Of a DNA stretch of 64,000 bases, positions 1 to 11,592 are shown piece after piece. The DNA is taken from assembly GCA_000708835.1 (NCBI GenBank), contig DF237143.1, positions 85,102-149,101 of the forward strand, read 5' to 3'. Within the stretch, counting starts at the first letter, position 1; each line of letters starts with the position of its first letter. The notes under the pieces were generated by a model. The model searched no databases, was not told where the DNA came from, and saw nothing but the letters and a program-made list of their open reading frames with translations. The DNA is from Klebsormidium nitens (lineage: Eukaryota > Plantae > Klebsormidiophyceae). The translations under genes and the position numbers were made by a program.

Positions 1-95
1 TACCGATCTAGTCGTCTAAGGTAAGGATTGTTGACATGGTCATGTCCTGATTGTAAATAGGATGGCCACTCTCTCTGCGTTGCTCCGATGCTTCG

Positions 96-2344
96 AGCGG
101 CTCACGTGCTCTCATCAAGACCCTTAGTATGCCCATGCTTCATGATTTTCATATTTTGAGCTTTCTTTTCCAGAATTTTTTCTGTGGAGTCGAGGACGAG
201 GCTCACCGGCGCGACGGGGTTCCGAGTGGCTGCCGGCTCAAAGTGGGCGAACTCGGACGTCGCAGCCTTGCCCTGGACAAATGCAGACACTAGCAAGTGG
301 TAAATGTTTAAGTTGATGCTCAAAAAAGTAATTCCAACAACACAGCAGAGCGAAATAAATCTGCGCGCAAAGCAGCTTCAAGATTCCTTCAAGCATCTGA
401 ACATTCAAGGTATTTGGCTGGACTCTGACTGCCCTCCCCTGCGGCTTCACAGGGAGCATCATTTTGGCGAAAAACCTCTGACAAGGGCTTCAATTAGTTC
501 CAGCCAGTCAGTAAAGTCGTGCTGGTTCCATGCCGAGCCCTTGCAAGACTGAGGCGAATCACTCCGCCCTCTTACCAGAATGAGCGCGCCAGCTGCCTTC
601 AGATCCGTCACGACCTGCAAAGACAGGAGAGTTTGACAGGATTGCATGCAGTTTCTAAGTTTATCAGGCGGGTACAAAGCAGTGATCCTGACAAACATGT
701 GTTTCCAGAAGTCATGTCGAAATATTCGTGAGCAGGGTAGAAAGGGCAACTCTACTGCTTTTCGGGCTCTGTTCTTGTGAGATCCTCTTTCTGAGGATCA
801 GGTAATAGTCACAGTGCGGATCAGGAGACTTTGTCACAGTTGGCCAATTTGCTCTTGCTTACAGCGACAGGCTTACCAGCTGACGTCATCCTCTTGCAGA
901 CGCACCAATCAGAAATTGTGTGCCCGGGACAAAGTCGGAGAAGATTGCAATAGAGAGGCCCCCGCAGACTGAAAGAAGACTGCAAAGCCAGCAACCTCAC
1001 AGGTGACCGTATCTTTACTGCAGGAAAGCCCAGTAACAGCAGGCGGTTTGAGCGGCTTGCTTACAGGAGCTTCGTCCCCAGCCAACAAGGAAGGGGGCAG
1101 TAGACTGCCCGCTCTAGTTTCCATCCCAGACACATGAATCGTATCCTGGAGACAAAAACGCATCACCAAGTCAGTGATTGCCCCTTTTCCAGCTTTTGAA
1201 CCATTAGCACCATTGCGAACTGCCGCAGAAGCAGTTGAATGCCCATTCAAGGATACTGGACCTGCGTGAATCTGAGGGAGTTCTTATTGCAGACACCACA
1301 GTGAGGGAAACCGGAGTGATTTGGCATTTTGCATTTGGAAAGAAGGCAGGACCTACTGCAACTATCCTTTGTGTCGGGCAAGCATGGTGTTAAGCAACTA
1401 CGGGTCAAGGGGCTTTGATGGGTTGGATTGTGTACTCAACAATGTGGGCCTCGTAGCTATGCTTGAAAGAACAAAGAATGCAATTCGGGTTGAAATATCG
1501 AGTGACACCTTGATATCCTGTGACTGTATGTCCCCCCTTCCAAAAACTGCAAACAGACTACACATATCGCAAGACGTGGTCGAAAGTCCCCGCTTTTGAC
1601 AAGCAAACCCCAAAACGAACAGTGACAACAGGCTCAGGACGTCAGGATGGAGGGAAAAAGCACCTTAATAGCGACGAGGAAGCCAAAGAGGGGGGGTACA
1701 TGACCACTAGCTACACAATCGTTGACCAGGGACTCAGCATCATTCTGAAGGCGCCTGCACTTGGTCAAAAAGTGGGTTAGCAAGAAATACTTAAATTGTG
1801 AGCAGCCTTAGGCTACACAAAAGGAAGCCAGCGATCAGAGACTGCCCTGAATGATACAGGGGTCTAAACGGTCATGTTTGACTGAAGTAGGCCACGCACC
1901 AGTAGTCAGCGAGCCCCAGGAAAAAGTGCGAAACTTACGAAAGGGCAAGCATTGAAGAAGCTCAGAAACCATACAATAAATACAGCCACTACATTTATAT
2001 CTTGGGTGGTATGGGAAAGGAGATGACTGGCCATATTACAATTGCTTGAGCAGCTGGAATGCGAAACAAGGCTAGAACTGAAGACAACTTAAGCGCTTTG
2101 CTAGAACGAGAGGTATTGAGTCAGTACACTCTCAGGAATTCGCTCTGAAAGACACGACGAGTGCACAAAGAGGACTCTGAGCCGATTCAACTCACTCCCG
2201 CCGTCCTGCTTCCGGCAGTAGTGCGCCCAGCGCCGGCTCCCAGGCATCTTCTGTCTCTGCAGCTCGCAGTAACACGGCCTGCATTCTCTCAACAAGTTCC
2301 TTTATGTTGATCTCTGAGCCCCCGGCATCCGTACGTCTGTGCAT
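96..2344 (-). CDS. Unidentified multi-exon protein (5' part; runs off left edge of window; exon model incomplete)
   Basis: Candidate first exon 2344-2196 (MHRRTDAGGSEINIKELVERMQAVLL..., GTGAGT donor) joins in phase to an exon near 1755-1665 (ERLQNDAESLVNDCVASGHVPPLFGFLVAIK). Further splice-bounded segments at 614-576 and 271-96. The middle exons could not all be phased and I recognise no family. Confidence 0.45.
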
Positions 2345-3357
2345 TCTTCCAGAGCACATTATAGTAATGAAGCGAGATTTGTGCAGACTTTTGGCATGCC
2401 ACTGCCTGCAGGGCGGAACAATCGTATCCCCCGATGGCCCACATTTATGGAGCTCACAAGTCAGCAATCGTTGGACTGGGATACATGAGTGACAAGTTGC
2501 CAAGGAAGGGAAAGAGACTACGCAGCGCATACCGTCATGTTTTCAAGCAAAACCTGTAACCTGAATACTGTAAGACGGCATTCCTCTTGTTCACAAGAAA
2601 GAAGAACTTGTTCACCATCATGGAATGCGAGGGAAGATGGCACGATGTGGTAAGACGTTGAAACTTATTACCTAGATTTCCTCAGCTTCTGCCAAAGTGG
2701 GGCGGCCGCGAGGGGATCGCGGCCGGTGGCCCACCCTCAAGTGATCGGACGGCTTCAAGTCCTTTCGAATCGGAGATCGACGGTAACAAGGCTTCTGCTA
2801 GCCACTTGGCACGTTTAGTCGGGAAATATGCAACGTGGCGCCCTCTCACAGTTCGAAACTGGCCACGTCAAGATATTGAGGGGGATCACCCCTCAGCTCA
2901 GGTCGGCTGCCTTTCGTTGCAGCTTCTCACGACGGTTCTGTAACAAGAAGATGGCAACACCCAAGGACAAAAGCAGGCCTGGGAAGAACGGTGCCTGAGC
3001 AGGAGATAGAGGTATTCAGGTGCAATAACTCCCATAATATAGGTATTGTGTCCCGTCTGGGGTAGTTTAGCAAACGAGCCATATTTGAATTCAAAGAAGA
3101 CTACCAAAGTGATTTCAATAGAACAGGACAGATTCTGTTTCAAGAATCTCGGCAATCTACTTGGTATTTGATTGCTTTCATTTCCCGTTTACCCCTTCTG
3201 AATCCTTTGTAAATCCAGGATCTTATCCACAGTCAGGTCTTGAGTTTCGTTTTACAGTCTTTTTCGAGCATCGAGATCTTTGCGCTGGTAGCTTGAACAG
3301 GCAAACCTGACCCCGCAGAGGTTTGCATTCTTCTCCAAGCTGTTACAGAGTTCCAGC

Positions 3358-6300
3358 ATGGGCGGCTTTGTTGAGCATGCAGAGCAGGAGAGGCAGACCA
3401 ATCAGCAGTTGCCAGGTGGCAGTCAGGGACAGGCGCAATCAGAGCTGCTCCTGAGCGTGCCGGACGTGCAGATTCACCAGGTTATCGAGCGGGAGGAGAG
3501 AGCGTTTCCACTGGCAGAGGGAACGCTGACTGTTGTCTCCGTATCACTGCCGGGGCACGAGAACAGAATTGGTCTGGTTGCCAAGGTGGGTGACCACATG
3601 CCGTGTCATAACACTTCTGGTGTCTTCTTACTTAGCATTCGTGTACTTGGAATAAATCTAGCCGCTTGTGAACCTTGTTTTTGTTCCTTTCATCTTGCGA
3701 ATTTGTCTTATGAGCTTGTAGCTGTCCAGTTGCTGATGCGTTTAAACTCCTGTTTGAGAACATGGTGCAATGGCTCCAAGACATTGAGGGAGTTGAACAC
3801 ACGTCGTCTGCAGCATTTCTTCGTATGTGTGTTGCTCGTTTGCAAAGCTCCCAGCAGGAGCGAGGGAGCCATACAGGGCCAGTTGTGCATGCAAAGACCT
3901 GAGCACAGTGGGTGATTGCAAAGATTTTGCGGAGAAAGATTTGAGCAATTGCATCTCCTCATTGGCCAGTCCCTTCAGGAGGCGGGAATTCTTTGGAAGA
4001 TAGGGCCAGGTTGCATGCATGATATCCTGGCAGTTGGCACAGGTTCCATTCAATCAGACAAATCACTCTGAGCCGCCGACCTGGTATGTTGAAAACGTAC
4101 AGAGTGGAGGTTTATTCTCAGAGGCTGTTTGCCAAGTATCGTATGCAGACATGAGACCAATATTCCTCCTGTCATTCTGTGTTTGGCTATGAACCCTAAG
4201 CTTTTTTGCCTGATTGTGTCACAGTTTAGGCATAGTAGATGACTCAAACCTTAAACTACTTGCGTGGCCAGATTGTCCTACATTCAACTGAAACGCTAGC
4301 CATTCCTTATACCAACACATAAGATTCTTGCACAAACCTGCTGCATCTCTCCTCCTGAAACTAGGTTGGAGAGTTTGAGTACCCACTGGCGAAGGACACC
4401 GCGTGCCTGCGCAGCAGCCCCCACCAGTATGTCTTCGTCCTTTCCGATGGGGTCCTCATAGGCCTGACCCTACCTGGAGACACCCCCCCTGAAGCGGTGG
4501 ACCTCTTCGAGCTCCTCCTCGAGCAGTGCTGCGACTTTGCCATCCAGCAAGATGGGACAGCAACCAAACCTGGGGAGGTTCTGATAACCAAACCTGGGAA
4601 TGGTGAGCGGCAGGAAGTGGCGGTGGATTCGACGGGCCGGCCTCAGCAGAGGGAAAACTTTTCAGCTGACCACCCGGGTTTCGGCGCAGACCCAAGTGCT
4701 AACAAGGGGAAGAACAAGTATGTAGTTTCCGGTCCTGACGCTCCGTCCCCCTCGCAATATCCACCAAGCACATCGGCACCAGCAGCTTATGCCACCGGAC
4801 TGCCCGCTAGTCAGCCAACTGGTGTGAATAAGTACGTGGTGTCAGGGCCTGGCATGCCTGCCGCTCCTCCAGGCCTGGGTCAGGGGACAAGCGCCTATGG
4901 AGGGCCAGCCGCTTATGCTGGAACGAGCGCTTATGGTGGTGCGGGTCATGAGAGCCAAGTGCCAGTTGTGCACCCTGATGGGAGCATGACTGGAGCGCAG
5001 CCGAGGCCAAAAAAGGTGGGGGAGCGACTGGCAGCCATTGTGGGAAGTGGAGCGGCGATGCTTGGACATGGTGAGGGGGAGAGACAATGGAGCACTCTTC
5101 TTGTGAGAAGGATCATTTAAACATTGTGATTATGCATGGTTGAGAGCTGGACCAGTCACACTGACTAACTGGGCAGCTTTGAGCTTGCGAAGTAACAAAG
5201 CAAGAGTAATGAGGAAGTACGGCAAATGGGAAGACTTCCAGATCGTATTGAGGACACATAGACATCATGTGAAGGAATGCACAGGGAGAATATTCGACAC
5301 CTTGAGTTTGTTGGAGGTATTCCTAACAGTTTTCAAATGCTATCTCTAATTTGCAAAACAAGTTATCTGTAATGGTTGTGTCTTGCGGGTAACAGGAAGG
5401 TCAAGCCGACAATCTTTTGTGTCCGAGGCCTTTTGCTGCCCAGCCTTGTCTCGCTTCTCTAGTAGGCGGGCCTTATCTTCAAGGAGTTGCAGGCAGCGAT
5501 ATCCTGATGGGGAGTGCAGGGATTGGCAATTCTTAGCTCGGTATTCTTAGATCTAAAACACTGATTCTGCATTTTGCCTTCTCCAGGAATTGTCAAGGGC
5601 GGTGAGTGGACCGCCACGAAGATTCAGGAGCATGGTCAGAAGCAGAAAGCGAAGGCGGTGCCAAACGAGCGCCCAGCGGAGATCAGCCCGACGATCCAGT
5701 CCGGGGTGCGGGGCGCCAACCAGGCCTCCAAAGCGGCAGACGCGACTGCAAAGAAGGTGGGCTCAAGAAAATCCCGTCTTCACGTTGATCAGAACTTCCT
5801 GCTCTGGTTTACAGCGTCTCTTGGTCAGGATGGCCTGAACTGAAGCTCGGCTGTATTAAGAGGGGCACTGTCAAACAAAGAGCGAACCCGAGACCTGGTT
5901 TTTTGCAGAAGGTGCTGCCCCAGCATATGGTCAGTCGTGTCAGTCCGAGTTGCCCGGTTAGAGACCTCAGCAATCAAAGCAGATTGAGTGCAGTAGGCAA
6001 AGTGACTCGGGACCTTAGTTCATGAATACTAGGTTTTAGTAACGAAATGATTTGAGATGTATGTTGACGGTGCTTTGTACTATGCACTCTGGTTACGCCT
6101 CACCTTTCAACAGAGGCTTGATTCGATACAAGATTCTTTTAGCTAATCGGCCGTCGCACCATTTGAACCCCTGCAACCCAATATATTTCGTTTCATGCGC
6201 CACATGGTAAAGCCGATGTCAATCAACTGATATGTCTTCCCGCCCCCAGGTGGTTGGCGGCGCAGTCTACGTCATCACCGCGGTCGCCAGCAGCGTCGGG

Positions 6301-7358
6301 GCCGCCGTGCACGCAGTAGGGGGATCATCCCAGCCCGGGAAGGAGCCCAAGGTCGGCGCGCGCGCGCTCGCGGTTGCGTCTGTCGACGGGATTGCCCACG
6401 TGTTCGACGCTCTGGAGACGTCCGGGAAGCACGTCATGGGCACCAGTCGGGAAGTCGGCTCGGATCTCATGCAGCACAAGTGAGTTGGAGGTTTCGTTTT
6501 CTTGTCAGCTTACCCCTCCGTGTCGAAACTCGTTTTCAGTGGAATGGCAGTGGCAGGCACTCGCCCGAAACAGATCGAAACGCTTGAAAGTCGGCTGAAC
6601 TTCCCTCAATGCTGCTATACACTGTATGCGAACCACTGATAAAGGTGGTCAGCTTATCACGAGTTGACAAGCTCATCTGAGCAAAGTCGGGCCTCGGCTC
6701 TCGGGCTAGTCTGGTGTACACGGTGCCTTGGGACTTTCTCGTTGTCCAGTCTCAACGGGTCTTTTGAAACAATTATGTCGAGATTTTCTGGATCGAAAAT
6801 CGTCTGACGTAGTATCATGAGAATTGCATATCGTTAGATTGATTATATTCAAGACAAGCCTGAGGTCTGATTTGCTGGTAAGAAGCTTAGGGCTACCTTA
6901 GCGCTGTCTAGCTAATCTGAAGGTGCTTGGTTACACTATCAATGAAGCCTTTCGTCTTTCGCCGCGGTTCTCGTCGACTGTTACTGTGGCGCGATCCTAC
7001 AGTCGACAAGAACGCCAATGAAAGTCTATTCGAACCACGCACCCAATGCGGGCCAGCTCTCATGTACGTCATCACCCCTCGCAGGTACGGCGCTCAGGCC
7101 GGCCAGCTGACGTCAGACGGGATGAGCACGCTGGGCCATATGATCCACGCGGGGTGGACCATCCGCAAGCTAGGGTTCCGCACTGTCGCACGTTCCGCTG
7201 CGACCAACACCGCGCTGCACGTCATCCGGAACAGCAACGACGGCGGAAACGGATCGGAGGCGCAGGCGATCAGCGGCTGGAACACCGCGCCCGCGCAGGG
7301 GGAGCTGGACGAGGCGCGGCGCGCAAACCAAGCAAGCGTGGCCGTGGGGATGATCTAA
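3358..7358 (+). CDS. Senescence/spartin-associated domain protein (ERD7-like), about 535 aa, 5 exons
   Basis: Exons 3358-3585, 4365-5070, 5587-5756, 6250-6479, 7085-7358; all GT-AG and phase-consistent, 1608 nt total. Motifs LLSVPDVQIHQV, VGEFEYPLAKD, LAVASVDGIAHVFDALETSGKHVM and HKYGAQAG match the plant ERD7 pattern as I recall it (LASLDGFNKVCDAVE...HKYG). Confidence 0.88.
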
Positions 7359-8657
7359 TGAGTACGTGGCTAAGTTGTGTTTGACCGCGAGAGTTGACAC
7401 TAAATTCTGAGAAAGCGTGGCTTAGGGCGGCAGAAGCATCTTTCGTGTGTTGGACGGACTTGGTGTTGGCGTAAGGTTACTGGTTGTCTGTCACTTATTG
7501 CATGCGCAGGGATGTGCGCTAAGTTCCACTGTGGCATCAGCCTCGGATCATTTGGCGCGCAGGTTAGAGGAGCTCAGCAGGTTTGAATTCCAGGTTAGAT
7601 TGGCACGTTCTACCACGAGTTTGCGCTGGAAGAGTTCCACGCAGACCTGCCGGTATCATTGTGAACGCCTTAGTCTGGGTTTGGTTCTTGAAATAGACGA
7701 TCTTTATAATGCACTTTTTGCACGCGTAGAAAAGAAGGTGTTCTGGCAGGGGCATCTGACTTAGATATTCGGAAACTGCGTAAGTGAAGTCCCGTAAACG
7801 ACGGTGGCATGTGATTTCATGCGGTTCCCTTTTCAAACGCCTTATGATCGCATGAACCGCAAGTTTGACCTTGTCACCTTTTCTGCTTGTCGTGGCACTA
7901 GATTCATCGTGTTTTGAACGGATAGGTTGCTACTTTCGCATGGTTGTTTCAAGCTGGCTAAAGTTGACCAGTGGCGATCGCTAGGCAAACGCCTTTGGGT
8001 GGATTATGAAATCTCCTCAAGAACAATGGTGCATGAAACTGTCAAACCTGCGTCCAATTCGGCAAATGCCATGCACTAGGCCGCCAAAACGCCAGCTATA
8101 TTCAAAAAGTGGCGGCGTGTACATCATGAGGGATATTGCAACTCGCAACAGCTCTGCAGCGGCCTTGTTGCAGGGTATTCGAGCATTCTTCGAAGACATC
8201 AGGATATATACATTAAGGCTGTTATGAAGCGTTGTAGAGTATATGTTCAAGATCACAGCGATACAATCTTGCTACAAACACGACCAACCATGCAGTGCTC
8301 CAAAGACTCCAGCAACCGGCAACCTTGCGCGTCGATACAGGTTACTTACATCTACATCACGAATCACGGATCAGACGCCACGCCCAGCCAAACGGGCAAA
8401 TCGTTATCTCGAATGTGAGGACTCACGGCATTTCCTGGCCGCCTGTCAACAGGTTCTGCAAAAAGTCCAGCTAGACCATGCTATCGACCGACTGACTGCC
8501 GCTTCTCCTGCAGTGTCCATTTTGGGAGTTGCAATCTCGACTTTCTCAGTGGTGCCATTTTCGTCACTTCCTTCCTTTGACCCAGCTAAAAGACTCTATC
8601 TTAACTCTTCACGATTCTTCAACTCTCGACATGCTTTCGCTTCAACGCTCCGCCTGC

Positions 8658-10025
8658 TTACAAAGTTTCAAAACAGAATTGCTTGCACCAGCTTTTCACC
8701 AGGCTCTCCTCCCCCAAGAGGTTTTCCCGAAGGAGCGGATTGTCACGGCGGATCCAGATTTCAGGATAGCGTGGAACAATCAGGCGGAAGAGCGAGACAG
8801 CAGCCGAGGAAGCCGTCTGGGAACACGTCCTCTCACGGTCTGAATTTTTGTCTCCAAGTACCAAAATCTTCGAGGAAAGTCCGAGACCTGGAGTAGGCGA
8901 CGTATACCCGAACTCCCATTCGAGCGCCTGAAACCTAGACCTCGACACCACCACTGCACGACTGACAGCCAGCCGTTCCAGCTTTGGAAGCTTCTCAAGA
9001 ACGGTCGAAAAGTGCAAGACCTCTGGTGCCACCTTGCTCAAGCGATCCATACCACGAGGGACTGCATGTATCAGGAGCACCCTCAGGGAAGGACAGTGTT
9101 GCGCTATCTCCTGAAGCATCTCATTTGGCAGAACGTCCTCCCATACGTCCAGATCTAGGGTTTGAAGCCTTGCGAACTTGAGATCCAGGAACTTGTCATG
9201 AGAAGGGAACCGAGTTTCTTTGACAAAGCACTGGAACCTGAGGGACGTGAGAGTTGTGAGTCCAGCAGGCATGCTGCTTGAGACCGCATCTGACCAGTCG
9301 AAGAACACGTGGGTTGTGATATCCAGATGGGTAAGACTGCTCGGTTAAACATCCTCTTTTCTGGCCGAGTCGTCTTCCTCCAGGTTTTCGAAGAACTCTG
9401 CGAAATCACCGCGTCCCTCCTGCCCTCCTCGGATTGTCAGAGCTTCCAAGTTTGGAAATTTGTCCGCGATAATCTGAATGCCTCTGGTGTAGTTGGGTGG
9501 ATAGTAGTCCCCCGGGTCGACATCCATCCTTTTCAGGGAGTATGTTGATGTTGACAAGGAATCAATGAAGCATCCGAGTATCATCTCCTCCGTTTTCACC
9601 GTCACGCTCTTCCATTCAATACTCGACAGCGCTGGCGAGATGTCTGATCCCCAGGCGTTCCATCCCACGACAAGGTCGCAAAGCGAGGGCCGCGACTCAA
9701 CTTCCTTCATAAGAGCTGTGCATGCATCTTGCTTCTGTGGTGCTTTCTGAAACGGCTTTAGGGTTGATGTCTGGAGGTCGGATGTCTGAGCAGGTACCTT
9801 CCGAATTGGCTTCTTTGGTCCCTTCTTTGCTCTCCAGTATGGTGGAAGCCAGCGAAGCACCAGAGTTCTGCTGCACCGGCGCGCAGACTGGTCGAAGCTC
9901 TCGCTCACACTTGCAAGCTTCTCCAGCGCCCAGGGTTTGCTTTCTGTGACCTTCCTTAAGATGCAATCTTGGATTTCACAGGGGAGGTCATCAAAGCTAG
10001 CAGGGCCTTGGCCACCTTGCGCCAT
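8658..10025 (-). pseudogene. F-box/LRR-like gene copy 1 interrupted by an in-frame TAA (9345-9347)
   Basis: ORFs 9345-10025 and 8658-9308 are in the same frame, joined by ...KEDV*PSSLTHLDITTHVFFDW. N-terminal F-box-like SFDDLPCEIQDCIL. Colinear with the paralog at 11593-12966. Confidence 0.72.
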
Positions 10026-10631
10026 CCTTACGTGCTCGCTTATCTACCCTGGCAACCAATTCCGGATTAGCAGGGACCCTTTCAGAAGAGTTGGGCTTCT
10101 CTTCAAAGTTTGCTTCAAAAGTCTTTAGTGCTGACTCGGCTTGCGCAAGTCCTGATGAGATAAGATTATTCCGTTCGTCTTGACTGCTCGATGCGCTCGT
10201 TTCGTCAACTTTGCGGCCGCGCTTGAGCAGACTTGTCTTTTGCACCATTGCGGGACCTGAGTGGACCTGAGCCCTCGATGTCACCATTGAAGCCATCGAA
10301 CGGTTGAAGCTCTAGGTTCAGCACAGACGGCATTTGGCCTTGGTTATGGCAACCCGGATTGACCCCGGTTTGAGAAGATGGATACTCCCATACGATACTA
10401 TTGCATCGCTGCAACTTTGAAAAGGATTCTTCATCGAAACTCCGTGACGACCCTGAAACCTCAGTTCCGGCCGCTTCGGACCAATTAGGAGCACTAATGA
10501 TCAAGCCTGCACACGCGAGTTGCAGTTGTGACAATTTGTCTTCTGCCGAGAATAAGCATGCTATCTTGATTCGCAATCCGATGAAAAATGGAGAGCAGGG
10601 TTACTTCCTCGCACCAGTAGCGGCGATGAAA

Positions 10632-10838
10632 CTCAAGGAAAATAATAGTAAGCCCAGATATAGTAAGGTAACCGCACTGTGACGGGTAGGGTTAGCATGG
10701 TGGTTAGGGTGGGTACGGGTGCGGAGCGGGTGCTTTTTTTCAGGTTAGGGTTTTTAGTTTTAGTCGGAGCTTACTATTATCTTGGCTTACTATTATCTTT
10801 CTTGAGAGTTATGTAGCGGCGGCCCCCGGTGGCGCCGC
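10632..10838. mobile_element. Small non-autonomous element: imperfect ~36-bp inverted repeats, telomere-like core, 3' GC hairpin
   Basis: 10632-10667 CTCAAGGAAAATAATAGTAAGCCCAGATATAGTAAG pairs with 10770-10806 (reverse complement CTCAAGAAAGATAATAGTAAGCCAAGATAATAGTAAG). The core has GGTTAGGG-like motifs. Stem GCGGCG/CGCCGC at 10816-10838. No clear target-site duplication. Confidence 0.6.
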
Positions 10839-10972
10839 GAGTCTTCATAAGGAGCATGCAGTGGCGAGCGTGTAAGCACTCACATCGGCATGGGCAATGA
10901 CTGCCTCTCATGCAGAAAGTGTCAGTCCCTCAAATTCCTTCCTGCACGTCTTATGGCACAGATCCGATTCCT

Positions 10973-11272
10973 TCAAGACTCACTTTCACAGCTGGCTTCC
11001 CGTATCGACAAAAATTTGGATCGTACCGCGCACCACGCACATGACGTCTGCCCACGTTTGATAACATTGCGGACGGCAGGAACGCATCTGAAACACGCGG
11101 CTTGTGTACACAAGTAGCTAAACGTGAACCCTCGACTCGCTTGCAGACAGCCAAGGTAATTGATTCCGCCCATGAACAAATACCGATTCCTCCACATTGT
11201 GCATCTGATTTGTGCACCGAGGACCTCAAATGCAGCCAGAGACTCTAAATTCTTCGATGCAATATGTGGCAT
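10973..11272 (-). pseudogene. Degenerate RING-HC finger-like ORF
   Basis: C-TM-W ... C-T-Q-AA-C-FR-C ... C-AW-C spacing fits RING-HC. Two ligand positions (W=TGG, Q=CAA) are each one substitution from C and H. Confidence 0.4.
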
Positions 11273-11592
11273 TCGTAGTGATACATACTAACGCCTCAGT
11301 ATGTAGAGTCTACCTACCGCGAATGAACACAGGTAGCTCGTGTTACAAAAACTTGTCCAACGATGCAAAATTTTCCCATTCTGAGGATTGAATCCCTTTC
11401 CTTAGGTCGCAAAGCGCCACATGATCTTCATACATCACCTCCATTCGAAGCCTCAACACATTCGTTTTTTGACTCTGCTACCCGACTTTGTTTCCTTGTA
11501 ACTTGGAACACAGTCGATTCTAGCTACAACAAAAGCATTTCTCAGCCGTCTTGCTAACATTCAATCGACTCCGCTGCAAATCATCTCGAGAG

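Noticed and set aside
2898-3155. ORF with GVIAPEYL resembling a kinase activation segment
   Set aside because: No HRD, DFG or other kinase motifs; likely chance.
9330-9410. An intron that would remove the F-box copy 1 stop codon
   Set aside because: The nearest GT-AG is 14 nt (too short); a longer one would delete sequence homologous to the intact paralog.
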